From sequence record OZ371831.1: a stretch of DNA of 32,000 nucleotides, one strand, 5' to 3'. The position numbers were made by a program, and so were the translations under genes. Positions 11,746 to 21,330 of the stretch are shown here, piece after piece (within the stretch, counting starts at the first letter, position 1; every line of letters begins with the position of its first letter). A model generated the notes under the pieces. It was not told the origin of the DNA and ran no database searches. It saw only the letters and a program-made list of their open reading frames with translations.

Positions 11746-14700
11746 TTACACTGACGGAATACGAGCAAGGCTAATGTCGAGACATAATCCACGTAATTCA
11801 CACACTAAAACTTTAAAAGACTCTGGAACACCAGGTTTTGGTAATAAATTTCCACGAATAATAGACATAAAGGCTAAATTGCGTCCACGCATATCATCTG
11901 ACTTAATTGTCAATAATTCTTGGAGCGTGTATGCTGCACCAAATCCTTCAAGTGCCCAAACTTCCATTTCACCTAAACGCTGACCACCATGCTTTGAACG
12001 GCCACCAAGTGGTTGCTGTGTTACTAATGAATAAGGTCCAGTGGAACGTGCATGAATTTTATCATCTACTAAGTGCACTAATTTTAAAATATATGGGTAA
12101 CCAACAGTTACTGGTTGATCAAATGGATATCCTGTACGCCCATCAAATAAAATACTTTTTCCTGGGGATTCGGGTCGGAAAAGCCATTTTTGTTTTGTGG
12201 CACAACGAGCTTTATATAATTGTTGATAGACAAATCCACGAGAAACTTCATCACCATGCATCTCATCAAAAGGAAGAACTTTATAATTTTGTTCTAATGT
12301 ATGCGCTGCTAAACCAAGTAAACATTCAAAAATTTGTCCGACATTCATACGAGATGGAACACCTAATGGATTAAGGACCATATCGACAGGGGTACCATTT
12401 TGTAAAAATGGCATATCTTGGCGAGGAAGAATATTCGAAATAATTCCTTTATTTCCATGGCGACCCGCAATTTTATCACCTACTTGTACTTTACGCTTTT
12501 GAACTAAAAAGACATATACAGAACCAACTGATTCTGAACATTCAACTTGTTTGTTATAAAGAGTTGTTTCGAATAATGTGCGTGTCTCGAGTACACGACC
12601 TGTAACTCCACTTGGTACCGTCAAAGGTGTATCTTTAACATCTCGTGCTGTTCCACCGAAAATGGCTCGGAGTAAACGCCCTTCAGGTGTATTTTCTGAT
12701 TCTTTTTGCGGCGAAATTTTACCCACTAAAGTATCACCAGGTTCAACCCAAGTTCCGATTTCAACAACACCAAATGCATCTAAATAGGTATTTTTCTCAA
12801 CTTTAGAAGTAATGTATTCTTGCCCTTCACGAGTACGCGAAGTCGAAATATCATAACGTTCAATGTGTACCGATGTAAAAAGATCATCAAATACTAAACG
12901 TTCACTTACAAGAACTGCATCCTCAAAGTTATAGCCTTCCCATGGCATATAGGCGACAAGAATATTTTTCCCAAGTGCAAGCTCTCCTGCAACAGTTGAA
13001 GATGTATCCGCTAAACATTCACCTGCATGAACCCAAGTATTTGGTAAAACACTTGGACGTTGATGCATACATGTATCTTGATTTGAACGTTGATATCGGG
13101 TTAACCAAATAGTTTCACGTGTAAATGGCGTTGACGTTAAGGCAGAATCACTTTCTGTTAAAATATCAATACGGTTGGCATCGGCATATAAAACATACCC
13201 ACTACGTTGGATACGAGCTACCGCACCAGAATCATGAGCAACCCGTGCTTCTAAACCAGTACCCACAAATGCTCGTTGAGGTGTTAATAATGAAACAGCT
13301 TGGCGCTGCATGTTTGAACCCATCAAAGCACGGTTTGCATCATCATGCTCTAAAAATGGAATAAGAGCAGTGGCAATGGACATAAATTGAATCGGGCATA
13401 AGCCTAAAAAATCAATTGTTTTGGGTACAATTTCTACGAATTCGCGACGTGTACGTGCTGGAACACGTGCCGCAGAAAATTGCGTATCCGCGGCAGCCAC
13501 AACAACTTGATCTTCATACGAAGCATTTAACAAAAAGAAACCATCCTGAGCTTGATTCTTTTGAGAAGCTATAGCTTTATATGGAGTTTGTAAAAACCCA
13601 TCTGAATTAATTCGAGCATACGTTGCAATCGAACCTACTAAACCTGCATTTTTACCTTCAGGTGTTTCAATTGGGCAAATACGCCCGTAGTAACTTGGGT
13701 GAATACCACGTACAATAAGGCCGGCACGGTCACGGTGTAAACCACCTGGACCTAATGAACTTAAACGTCGTTTATGCGTAATTTCTGCCAAAGGATTTGT
13801 TTGATCCATAAATTGAGATAATTGATTTGAACCAAAAAACTCTTTAAAAACAGAACCTACAATTTGCGTACGAACAAGCGAAGCTAAAGCAACACGTAAA
13901 CGTTTTTGTCGTAATAATGTTTCATCACTAATACGATTATGGACACTACGTTCAAGTCGATTTAATCCAAGTCTAAATTGAGTTTGAATTAATTCCCCAG
14001 CAAGACGAGCACGTCGGTTTTTTAAATGATCAATATCATCCAAAAATTGACTTTCACCATTTTCAACACGAAGTAAATAATCCACACCGGCTAAAACATC
14101 TTCAGGTGTTAAAGTTAAATGTGGCACATTATGCTGCATGCGTAATTTTCGGTTTACTCGCTTTCGACCAACTTCACTTAAACTATAACGACGTGCATGA
14201 AAAAAATGATTAAATAAAAATTTTTTTGCTTTTAATACACTTCCAGCACGGTGCGGGAACATTAATGCAGTCATCATAATCATGGCATCATCGCATGATT
14301 TTGGTTTTAAAAGTTTTTCTGTATAAAGAAGAGAAGCAGGATAACTCACAACTTCACAAATACGTTTGAAATCAAAACCAAGCGCACGTAAAAGTAAAGT
14401 TGCTGGTAATTTTCTAAAATTATCAATACAAGCATTAATTTCAGGAGTATTCGGAACACTTTCTAAACGTAACCATGACCCATAAGACGAGAGAAAACTC
14501 ACTAAATGTGAACGACGATTTTTTTGATCAAATTGTGCTTTAATATAGACACCAGGACAACGAACAATTTGGTGAACAATCACACGTGGTGAACCATTAA
14601 TAATAAAAGTTCCATGCTCAGTCATTAATGGAAGGTCACAAAACGTAATTGGAAGTACACAACTTACATTTAAACTTTTCGAATAAATATGCACAGGTAC

Positions 14701-14967
14701 AACAAGGGAACTGCTGTATGTCTCCATTTGTTGAATGGCTTCTTTAGGGTTTTGAAGAGGTTTTTTAAAATAAAAATCATTCGCTAAAAATGAAACAGAA
14801 ATTTGACGGTCTGTTGATTGTCGAACACTCGAGCCTAAACTGTCTCCAATAATAGGTGAAATAAATTCAAGTTCACGACGAATTCCTGTTTCTAAGAAAA
14901 GACGAAAACTTTTCCGTTGGGAATCAAGGAAATCAGGAATTGCCACTTTTTGACGAAAAAGAATCAT
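11746..14967 (-). CDS. rpoB: PEP RNA polymerase beta subunit (1073 aa)
   Basis: Conserved blocks are present: GTFIINGSPRVIVHQIVR, RLSSLGPGGL, HPSYYGRICPIETPEGKNAGLV, GELALGKNILVAYMPWEGYNFEDA, AGRHGNKGIIS, PSRMNVGQI, GGQRLGEMEVWALEGFGAA. Confidence 0.96.
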   Translation of the reverse strand: MILFRQKVAIPDFLDSQRKSFRLFLETGIRRELEFISPIIGDSLGSSVRQSTDRQISVSFLANDFYFKKPLQNPKEAIQQMETYSSSLVVPVHIYSKSLNVSCVLPITFCDLPLMTEHGTFIINGSPRVIVHQIVRCPGVYIKAQFDQKNRRSHLVSFLSSYGSWLRLESVPNTPEINACIDNFRKLPATLLLRALGFDFKRICEVVSYPASLLYTEKLLKPKSCDDAMIMMTALMFPHRAGSVLKAKKFLFNHFFHARRYSLSEVGRKRVNRKLRMQHNVPHLTLTPEDVLAGVDYLLRVENGESQFLDDIDHLKNRRARLAGELIQTQFRLGLNRLERSVHNRISDETLLRQKRLRVALASLVRTQIVGSVFKEFFGSNQLSQFMDQTNPLAEITHKRRLSSLGPGGLHRDRAGLIVRGIHPSYYGRICPIETPEGKNAGLVGSIATYARINSDGFLQTPYKAIASQKNQAQDGFFLLNASYEDQVVVAAADTQFSAARVPARTRREFVEIVPKTIDFLGLCPIQFMSIATALIPFLEHDDANRALMGSNMQRQAVSLLTPQRAFVGTGLEARVAHDSGAVARIQRSGYVLYADANRIDILTESDSALTSTPFTRETIWLTRYQRSNQDTCMHQRPSVLPNTWVHAGECLADTSSTVAGELALGKNILVAYMPWEGYNFEDAVLVSERLVFDDLFTSVHIERYDISTSRTREGQEYITSKVEKNTYLDAFGVVEIGTWVEPGDTLVGKISPQKESENTPEGRLLRAIFGGTARDVKDTPLTVPSGVTGRVLETRTLFETTLYNKQVECSESVGSVYVFLVQKRKVQVGDKIAGRHGNKGIISNILPRQDMPFLQNGTPVDMVLNPLGVPSRMNVGQIFECLLGLAAHTLEQNYKVLPFDEMHGDEVSRGFVYQQLYKARCATKQKWLFRPESPGKSILFDGRTGYPFDQPVTVGYPYILKLVHLVDDKIHARSTGPYSLVTQQPLGGRSKHGGQRLGEMEVWALEGFGAAYTLQELLTIKSDDMRGRNLAFMSIIRGNLLPKPGVPESFKVLVCELRGLCLDISLARIPSV

Positions 14968-15233
14968 AGATAAAGGTGTAAATTAATCAATACAAAGAAA
15001 AGAGACTTTGTTTAACGAGTTCTTTTGAGATCTAGGGAGACTTGAAAAATAAATATTCAGATTTCCCAAATAAGCAAAATTCACAAAGCTTTAATATGTG
15101 TTACAAATAAAAAACGTGGATTTGGAACTCCTTAAGTAAAATACACTAAAAATACAACTCTGAAATTACTATATTGATAAACAAAGTAAAATGTTGTACT
15201 GTATAGAGTATATAACTCTCTTTATAGAGGGAT

Positions 15234-15305
15234 GGCGGTGTAGCCAAGTGGTAAGGCAGAGGACTGCAAATCCTTTATCCCCCAGTTCGAATCTGGGCAC
15301 CGCCT
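15234..15305 (+). tRNA. trnC: tRNA-Cys (anticodon GCA)
   Basis: GGCGGTGTAGCCAAGTGGTAAGGCAGAGGACTGCAAATCCTTTATCCCCCAGTTCGAATCTGGGCACCGCCT folds as a cloverleaf with anticodon loop CTGCAAA. It is the only plus-strand gene between rpoB and tufA. Confidence 0.92.
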
Positions 15306-15565
15306 AAGGAAATAAAAAATATCTTTCTGAGGATATTTATAAAATAATAGATTAAGTCTTTGTTACATGTTACGGACGCCTACTGTTGTCCAAAAAAATA
15401 ATTTTAAGTGCTGCTTCTTTTCAGCCCTGACACGATTCAAACTGTTCTTTCAACAAAAGTAGGACTACTCTATAGTATATTTTTTTGAGGCTATAAAAGC
15501 AAGGCCTTTATCAGTCAACAAATGAAGATCTCTATTCAATTTATTTGAAAATTTCTAGTAATTGT

Positions 15566-15590
15566 TGCATACCTCTCTTAAAGGTATGCA
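15566..15590 (-). terminator. 9-bp inverted repeat (7-nt loop) 22 nt downstream of the tufA stop
   Basis: tgcatacct (15566-15574) pairs with aggtatgca (15582-15590). Confidence 0.4.
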
Positions 15591-15612
15591 TAAAAGTTAC
15601 TTAACTACCAAT

Positions 15613-16842
15613 TTATTCAATAATTGCAGACACAACACCCGCACCAACTGTACGCCCACCTTCACGGATAGCGAAACGCATTCCATTTTCGATAGCAATT
15701 GGTTGAATGAGTTCAACAATCATCTTTACACGGTCACCAGGCATTACCATTGTTGCCTCATCTCCATCATCACTAACGAATGATTCAATTTTCCCAGTTA
15801 CGTCTGTTGTACGTACATAGAATTGAGGACGGTATCCTGGGAAGAATGGTGTGTGTCGACCACCTTCTTCTTTTGTAAGTACATAAACTTGTGATTCAAA
15901 CTTTTTGTGTGGTTTGATTGTCCCAGTCTTTGCAAGTACCATTCCACGCTCAATTTCATCCTTTTGGATTCCACGAAGAAGCACACCTACGTTATCCCCC
16001 GCTACACTTTCATCAAGTGTTTTTTGGAACATTTCAAGACCTGTTACAGTTACTTCACGTGTGTCACCGAGACCTACAATCTCTACAACATCACCAACTG
16101 TTACTACTCCACGCTCTACACGTCCTGTAGCTACAGTACCACGACCAGTAATTGAGAATACATCTTCAATAGCCATAAGGAATGTCTTTTCTGTATCACG
16201 CTCAGGTGTTGGGATATATGAATCAACAGAATCCATTAATGCAAAGATTTTATCTACCCATTTGTTTTCACCATCCTTAACTTCAGGTGTTTCTGTTAAT
16301 GCTTCTAATGCAAGAAGTGCAGAACCAGGTACTACAGGAATATCGTCACCAGGGAATTCGTAACTACTAAGAGTATCACGTACCTCAAGTTCTACGAGCT
16401 CAAGAAGTTCATCATCATCTACTTGATCTTCTTTATTAAGGAAAACTACGATGTTTGGTACTCCAACTTGCTTTGCAAGAAGGATGTGCTCTTTTGTTTG
16501 TGGCATTGGACCATCAGCCCCAGATACTACAAGAATTGCACCATCCATTTGTGCAGCACCCGTAATCATGTTTTTTACATAATCAGCGTGACCTGGACAA
16601 TCTACGTGCGCGTAGTGACGTGTTGCTGTCTCGTATTCTACGTGAGCTGTGTTAATTGTAATTCCACGAGCTTTTTCTTCTGGTGCAGAGTCAATATCAG
16701 CGTATCCTTTAGCAGAAGCGCCTCCACGAGCTGCCATTGCCATAGTAATTGCTGCAGTAAGAGTAGTTTTACCATGGTCAACGTGACCAATTGTTCCAAT
16801 ATTTACGTGTGGTTTTGTTCGTTCAAACTTTTCGCGTGCCAT
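15613..16842 (-). CDS. tufA: Translation elongation factor Tu (409 aa)
   Basis: [59 protein letters not shown] and NKEDQVDD are the G1, G3 and G4 motifs. Plastid-encoded tufA is an algal trait, lost from land-plant plastomes. Confidence 0.98.
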   Translation of the reverse strand: MAREKFERTKPHVNIGTIGHVDHGKTTLTAAITMAMAARGGASAKGYADIDSAPEEKARGITINTAHVEYETATRHYAHVDCPGHADYVKNMITGAAQMDGAILVVSGADGPMPQTKEHILLAKQVGVPNIVVFLNKEDQVDDDELLELVELEVRDTLSSYEFPGDDIPVVPGSALLALEALTETPEVKDGENKWVDKIFALMDSVDSYIPTPERDTEKTFLMAIEDVFSITGRGTVATGRVERGVVTVGDVVEIVGLGDTREVTVTGLEMFQKTLDESVAGDNVGVLLRGIQKDEIERGMVLAKTGTIKPHKKFESQVYVLTKEEGGRHTPFFPGYRPQFYVRTTDVTGKIESFVSDDGDEATMVMPGDRVKMIVELIQPIAIENGMRFAIREGGRTVGAGVVSAIIE

Positions 16843-16900
16843 AATAATATAGATTTAAAAAATGGTTTTGATTTTGGCTAAAATGTCACGATTCTTTTTT

Positions 16901-17371
16901 TTAGAATCGGAAGTGTGCAAAAGCTTTATTTGCTTCTGCCATACGGTGTGTGTCTTCGCGCTTACGGATTGCACCACCAGTGTTATTTGCAGCATCCATG
17001 ATTTCAGCTGCAAGTTTTGTTACCATGCTACGTCCAGAACGTGCACGAGCAGCAACAAGAAGCCAACGAAGAGCAAGAGCAGTTCCACGATCAGACTTTA
17101 CTTCAAGTGGTACTTGAAGAACAGCTCCACCAATACGACGAGATTTTACTTCGACTTTTGGTGTAATATTTAAAACAGCTTGGCGAAGCACTTCAAGTGG
17201 ATCTTGCGAAGTTGTTTCCGAGATTTGCGTCATTGCTTCGTAAAAAATACGGTAGGCAAGACTCTTTTTTCCTTTCTTTAAAAGGTGGCTTACTAAAAGA
17301 CTTACTAAGCGACTTTGGTATACTGGATCCGGAGCAACCGGACGTTTTTTCGCAACTTTTCTACGAGACAT
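16901..17371 (-). CDS. rps7: 30S ribosomal protein S7 (156 aa)
   Basis: [47 protein letters not shown] is the canonical S7 N-terminus. I trimmed the ORF-track product (start 17416) to the ATG at 17371. Confidence 0.93.
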   Translation of the reverse strand: MSRRKVAKKRPVAPDPVYQSRLVSLLVSHLLKKGKKSLAYRIFYEAMTQISETTSQDPLEVLRQAVLNITPKVEVKSRRIGGAVLQVPLEVKSDRGTALALRWLLVAARARSGRSMVTKLAAEIMDAANNTGGAIRKREDTHRMAEANKAFAHFRF

Positions 17372-17439
17372 AAGATCAATTAAACGGTTGAATATTAAAT
17401 AAATAGAGATCTCCAAGACTAAAGACGTATTAAACGAAT

Positions 17440-17823
<384 letters not shown>

Positions 17824-18036
17824 TTATTCTTTATAAAGAAATTGTAAAAATCCTAAAATACGGGCTTGTTTTACTGCTTTGGCAAGTTGACGTTGCTGTT
17901 TTGCAGTTACTCCCGTTAAACGACGAGGTAAAATTTTACCTTGCTCCGTAATAAAACGACGTAAAAGATCAACATTTTTATAATTAATGATCTCACCAGC
18001 GCTAATTGGAGACGTGCGTTGACGTGAAAAATTCAT
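17824..18036 (-). CDS. rps18: 30S ribosomal protein S18 (70 aa)
   Basis: [48 protein letters not shown] is the S18 core. Its stop codon is 9 nt upstream of the rps12 ATG. Confidence 0.9.
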   Translation of the reverse strand: MNFSRQRTSPISAGEIINYKNVDLLRRFITEQGKILPRRLTGVTAKQQRQLAKAVKQARILGFLQFLYKE

Positions 18037-18338
18037 AAATAAATAAACCTAAAATATAAATAAATGTACTGACCTTAAAAATAGTTTAAAGTCCGGTGGT
18101 TAAAAAAACACACACATAAATACATGGCACAAAAAACGCTTTGTTTTAAATCTAAAATGATAAAAAAACAAATTAAGTGCAGGGACATCCTTTTGATGTA
18201 TTACTCAACAAGCAAAACTTTAATTAAAATTAAAGTTTTTTATTAAAATTGAAGCATAGATAGGCTAGAATTGCAAGAAAGATTCTGAAGAATTTTAAGA
18301 TCCCCTATCATTCAAATAATACATCTGGTACATTAACG

Positions 18339-18411
18339 TACCCCCAAGGGAATTCGAATCCCTGTTACTTCCGTGAAAGGGAAATGTCCTAGGCCTCTAG
18401 ACGATGGGGGC
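18339..18411 (-). tRNA. trnE: tRNA-Glu (anticodon UUC)
   Basis: The reverse complement reads GCCCCCATCGTCTAGAGGCCTAGGACATTTCCCTTTCACGGAAGTAACAGGGATTCGAATTCCCTTGGGGGTA, with anticodon loop CTTTCAC. The acceptor GCCCCCA/TGGGGGT is as in plastid tRNA-Glu. Confidence 0.92.
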
Positions 18412-18536
18412 AAAAATAAATAGTTGAATCAACTATTCTTGTTCTCTATTATAAAAGGGTGTGATTCAGAATGTCAATCGATTTTTTTAGAATTAAAAAA
18501 AAACAGCATAATTTTTTGCCTGTACCGTACAGTGCT

Positions 18537-18617
18537 TGCCTTAAAGAGGACTCGAACCTCCACGCCTTACGGCACTAGCTCCTAAGGCTAGCGTGTCTAC
18601 CATTCCACCATTAAGGC
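18537..18617 (-). tRNA. trnL: tRNA-Leu (anticodon UAG), class II with long variable arm
   Basis: The reverse complement reads GCCTTAATGGTGGAATGGTAGACACGCTAGCCTTAGGAGCTAGTGCCGTAAGGCGTGGAGGTTCGAGTCCTCTTTAAGGCA. The anticodon stem is CTAGC/GCTAG and the loop is CTTAGGA. Confidence 0.9.
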
Positions 18618-18711
18618 ACAAAGGACAATAAAATCACTTATGTGTAGTGTAACATACGTTTTTAAACAGATGCCGAAACTTAAATCAGACTACAATGAAG
18701 TAATTTTATAT

Positions 18712-19212
18712 TTAACGTCCAGTAGTCTGTAACCAATTTTGCGCTTCACTATAATTCAGTGGCGCTAAACGAATTGCTTCTTTCCAATATTCGGCTGCTT
18801 TACCAAATAATGTTTCAGAATCTGGAATATTTCCTGATTCAAGGGCTTGTTCACCACGGTAATGGTAAATAACAGCAATATTATTTAATGCCTGTGGTAA
18901 CGCTGGGTTACGATCAAGAGCTTGATAATAATATTCTAATGCTTTGGTATGTTCTCCATTACTTGTATGAATCAACCCAATATTATAAAAAATATAACTA
19001 CGGTCATATGGATCGACTTCAAGACGCATTGCTTGATAGTAATTCTGCAATGCTTCAGCATATTCACCTTCTGCTTGTGCAGACATACCATCTCGGTAAT
19101 AAATGAATGCTTCTTTCTCATTACGCGTTGTAGGAAGCACTTTTAATAAAATGTCTGCAACAACCGTAAAAGTTTTATCAATAAAATTATCGTTTCTTTG
19201 GGAACGTGGCAT
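18712..19212 (-). CDS. ycf3: Photosystem I assembly TPR protein Ycf3 (PafI), 166 aa, intronless
   Basis: [15 protein letters not shown]...[66 protein letters not shown] is near-identical in pattern to known Ycf3. Confidence 0.95.
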   Translation of the reverse strand: MPRSQRNDNFIDKTFTVVADILLKVLPTTRNEKEAFIYYRDGMSAQAEGEYAEALQNYYQAMRLEVDPYDRSYIFYNIGLIHTSNGEHTKALEYYYQALDRNPALPQALNNIAVIYHYRGEQALESGNIPDSETLFGKAAEYWKEAIRLAPLNYSEAQNWLQTTGR

Positions 19213-19318
19213 AAATTCTTAACGGTCAAGTATATGTATACAGTATATAGCGGAAAAGAAAGAAATCCAACTTTCTTCAACAAAGAACAAATATTTCGGG
19301 CCGATTCAAAAAATAGTT

Positions 19319-19347
19319 TTGATACTGAGCATTTATCCTGTTAAACT
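19319..19347 (+). promoter_or_regulatory. Candidate sigma70/PEP-type promoter for rps4: TTGATA-N17-TAAACT
   Basis: ttgata is at 19319-19324, followed by a 17-nt spacer and taaact at 19342-19347, about 70 nt upstream of the rps4 ATG. An AGGAG Shine-Dalgarno-like motif lies 8 nt before the ATG. This is motif-level evidence only, in an AT-rich spacer. Confidence 0.3.
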
Positions 19348-19417
19348 AAAACTACTATATAATAGTATTATACTACAGGAATAGAAAAATCATTAGTAAA
19401 ACTTTAGGAGAAATAAG

Positions 19418-20014
19418 ATGGCTCGATATCGTGGACCACGTGTAAAAATTGTACGACGACTTGGGGAACTTCCTGGATTAACAACAAAAGTGCCAAACCG
19501 TAATTACGGACCAGGCCAGCATGGCCAAACAGCAGCAACAAAAAAACTCACACAATTCCGTGTACGTTTACAAGAAAAGCAAAAATTACGCTATAATTAC
19601 GGAGTAACTGAAAAACAACTTTTATCGTACGTACGACGTGCACGACGTGCCAAAGGACCAACTGGAGAAGTACTTCTTCAAATGCTTGAAATGCGATTAG
19701 ATAGTGTTGTATTCCGCCTTGGATTTGCTCCAACAATCCGAGCAGCACGTCAATATGTATCTCATGGTTTGATTAAAGTTGATGGAAAACGTGTAAATAT
19801 TCCAAGTTATAATTGTGCACAAGGTGAAACAATTACAAGTACTTCAACGCCAGTTGTAGAGAACTGTAAAACATTTGGAGGGACTGTACCTTCGCACTTA
19901 AGTGTAGATACAAATAAAACAACAGGGACAATCCAACGTGCAATTACACGTTCACAGATTGCGTTAACAGTAAATGAACTCCTTATTATTGAGTTCTACT
20001 CACGTAAAGGATAA
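19418..20014 (+). CDS. rps4: 30S ribosomal protein S4 (198 aa)
   Basis: MARYRGPRVKIVRRLGELPGLT...LQEKQKLRYNYGVTEKQLLSYV...LEMRLDSVVFRLGFAPTIRAARQYVSHGLIKVDGKRVNIPSY covers the S4 N-terminal and S4 RNA-binding domains. Confidence 0.94.
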   Translation: MARYRGPRVKIVRRLGELPGLTTKVPNRNYGPGQHGQTAATKKLTQFRVRLQEKQKLRYNYGVTEKQLLSYVRRARRAKGPTGEVLLQMLEMRLDSVVFRLGFAPTIRAARQYVSHGLIKVDGKRVNIPSYNCAQGETITSTSTPVVENCKTFGGTVPSHLSVDTNKTTGTIQRAITRSQIALTVNELLIIEFYSRKG

Positions 20015-20131
20015 AATTACTTCTGGTTTAATTTTCATTTATTCTGGAGTTTTCCCGCATCTCTTTTGGAGCGGGAGACTTTCTCATGGTATATTATAAG
20101 AGAACAGAGTCTATGTTGTTATGTCGATTTA

Positions 20132-20162
20132 TTGTAGGGTACGTAATCTACGTACCCTACAA
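20132..20162. terminator. Perfect 14-bp inverted repeat with 3-nt loop between the convergent genes rps4 and psbN
   Basis: ttgtagggtacgta (20132-20145), loop atc, tacgtaccctacaa (20149-20162). All 14 pairs were checked. A weaker 6-bp hairpin (tcccgc/gcggga) lies at 20053-20076. Confidence 0.55.
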
Positions 20163-20180
20163 GAGGCTGAAGAAAAAATT

Positions 20181-20315
20181 TTAATCTTCATGCTCTTCAA
20201 ATGGATCACGAAGATCTTTTGAAGGTGGACCAAAACCAATGTAAATTGAATAGCCTGTTACACTAATCAACAAACACCAAAGAAAAACGGCGTAAAAAAA
20301 AGCTGGAGTTTCCAT
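20181..20315 (-). CDS. psbN: Photosystem II protein N (44 aa)
   Basis: [44 protein letters not shown] matches PsbN. I trimmed the ORF-track product to the ATG at 20315. It is divergent from psbH, as in other plastomes. Confidence 0.9.
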   Translation of the reverse strand: METPAFFYAVFLWCLLISVTGYSIYIGFGPPSKDLRDPFEEHED

Positions 20316-20395
20316 AATTAGGTTGAACGTTAAATTTTGATATAGTTTAAAATAGAAAGTAAAAAAACACAAATGAATGTGAGAAATTTATTCTT

Positions 20396-20632
20396 ATGAG
20401 CGCAAATGAAAGCAAACTTGCTGGAACAGGAAAAGTAACAGCATTAGGAACAGCCTTACGTCCACTTAACTCAGAATATGGGAAAGTAGCGCCAGGTTGG
20501 GGAACAACAGTAGTAATGGCAGTATTTATTGGTTTATTCGCTGTTTTCCTTGTAATTCTTCTTGAAATTTATAACCGTTCATTACTTCTTGACGAAGTAG
20601 AGATGAGCTGGCTTTCAAGTACAGGATACTAA
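20396..20632 (+). CDS. psbH: Photosystem II phosphoprotein H (78 aa)
   Basis: [40 protein letters not shown] is the PsbH core. Confidence 0.93.
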   Translation: MSANESKLAGTGKVTALGTALRPLNSEYGKVAPGWGTTVVMAVFIGLFAVFLVILLEIYNRSLLLDEVEMSWLSSTGY

Positions 20633-20674
20633 ATTAGCTTCGTTGAGGGTTTTATTTAAAAAACCTTAAACAAA

Positions 20675-20704
20675 TTGTTGCCACTCTACATAGAGTGGCA
20701 ACAA
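20675..20704. terminator. 14-bp perfect inverted repeat between psbH (+) and trnR-UCU (-)
   Basis: ttgttgccactcta (20675-20688), ca, tagagtggcaacaa (20691-20704). It lies 43 nt after the psbH stop and 4 nt from the 3' end of trnR(UCU). Confidence 0.5.
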
Positions 20705-20708
20705 AAAA

Positions 20709-20780
20709 CATCCTAGGTAGGATTCGAACCCACACAAACAGGCTTAGAAAGCCCATGCCCATCCCTTAGGCGACTAGGAC
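20709..20780 (-). tRNA. trnR: tRNA-Arg (anticodon UCU)
   Basis: The reverse complement reads GTCCTAGTCGCCTAAGGGATGGGCATGGGCTTTCTAAGCCTGTTTGTGTGGGTTCGAATCCTACCTAGGATG, with anticodon loop TTTCTAA. The top acceptor pair is G1-U72 and the discriminator is G. Confidence 0.85.
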
Positions 20781-20838
20781 AATAAAAAAAAGAATGGCAC
20801 AACAATCCTAATTTTAAAGAATGCAATTATAAAATACA

Positions 20839-20911
20839 AGCCTCCTGTCGGAATTGAACCGACGACCCTCGCATTACAAATACGATGCTCTAGCCGCTGA
20901 GCTAAGGAGGC
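20839..20911 (-). tRNA. trnT: tRNA-Thr (anticodon UGU)
   Basis: The reverse complement reads GCCTCCTTAGCTCAGCGGCTAGAGCATCGTATTTGTAATGCGAGGGTCGTCGGTTCAATTCCGACAGGAGGCT, with anticodon loop TTTGTAA. Confidence 0.9.
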
Positions 20912-21099
20912 ATTTTCTTAGAGTATAAAAGATTTAGGATTTAGATGCAAGTCCCTTTCTTACAAGGTTTGGCAAAAGTAAACATAGACAAGGACCAAGC
21001 AATATGTTATATTTTGGAATAGGTAATACTAACATCCACTATAAATACTATGTATTAAAGTAACCATAACGTTTAAATGTTGGTAGTTTAACCTTCTAA

Positions 21100-21171
21100 T
21101 CCTCAGTAGCTCAGTGGTAGAGCGATCGGCTGTTAACCGATTGGTCACAGGTTCAAATCCTGTCTGGGGAG
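21100..21171 (+). tRNA. trnN: tRNA-Asn (anticodon GUU)
   Basis: TCCTCAGTAGCTCAGTGGTAGAGCGATCGGCTGTTAACCGATTGGTCACAGGTTCAAATCCTGTCTGGGGAG has anticodon loop CTGTTAA and the U1-A72 pair typical of tRNA-Asn. Confidence 0.92.
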
Positions 21172-21206
21172 AATAATAAAAAAATTTTTCTATTTTAGAA
21201 TCGTTA

Positions 21207-21215
21207 TGATATAAT
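21207..21215 (+). promoter_or_regulatory. Candidate extended -10 promoter element (TGaTATAAT) upstream of the giant AAA+ ORF
   Basis: tgatataat at 21207-21215 matches TGnTATAAT exactly, about 115 nt upstream of the ATG at 21331. There is no good -35, which an extended -10 does not require. The AT-rich context lowers specificity. Confidence 0.3.
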
Positions 21216-21330
21216 CATAATACAATAAATATTCTTTTATATTTTATTAGTTAACGAAAACACGAGGAAGAGAGATACTTTCACAAACGAATTTAAATAT
21301 ATCGTCCATTAAATATACATTTTCACCTTT

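Noticed and set aside
7554-13364. Short ORFs inside or antisense to rpoC2, rpoC1 and rpoB (7554-7751, 10794-10976, 11197-11481, 11738-11983, 11907-12374, 12578-12787, 13125-13364)
   Set aside because: All are nested in well-supported rpo genes in other frames or strands, with no motifs. They are shadow ORFs.
18088-18096. aaagtccgg motif resembling the 5' strand of the RNase P RNA P4 helix (GAAAGUCCGG), raising the possibility of a plastid rnpB in the rps18-trnE spacer
   Set aside because: No matching 3' P4 strand (CCGGCU) occurs in the spacer or nearby. The spacer is about 300 nt of very AT-rich sequence with none of the other conserved RNase P blocks. I treat it as a chance 9-mer.
18888-19748. 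Antisense ORFs over ycf3 (18888-19106, 18949-19146) and rps4 (19548-19748)
   Set aside because: They are nested opposite strongly supported genes and carry no motifs.
20316-20372. 19-codon upstream extension of psbN (ORF track start 20372)
   Set aside because: [19 protein letters not shown] is not part of any PsbN. The canonical METPAFF start at 20315 gives the normal 44-aa protein.
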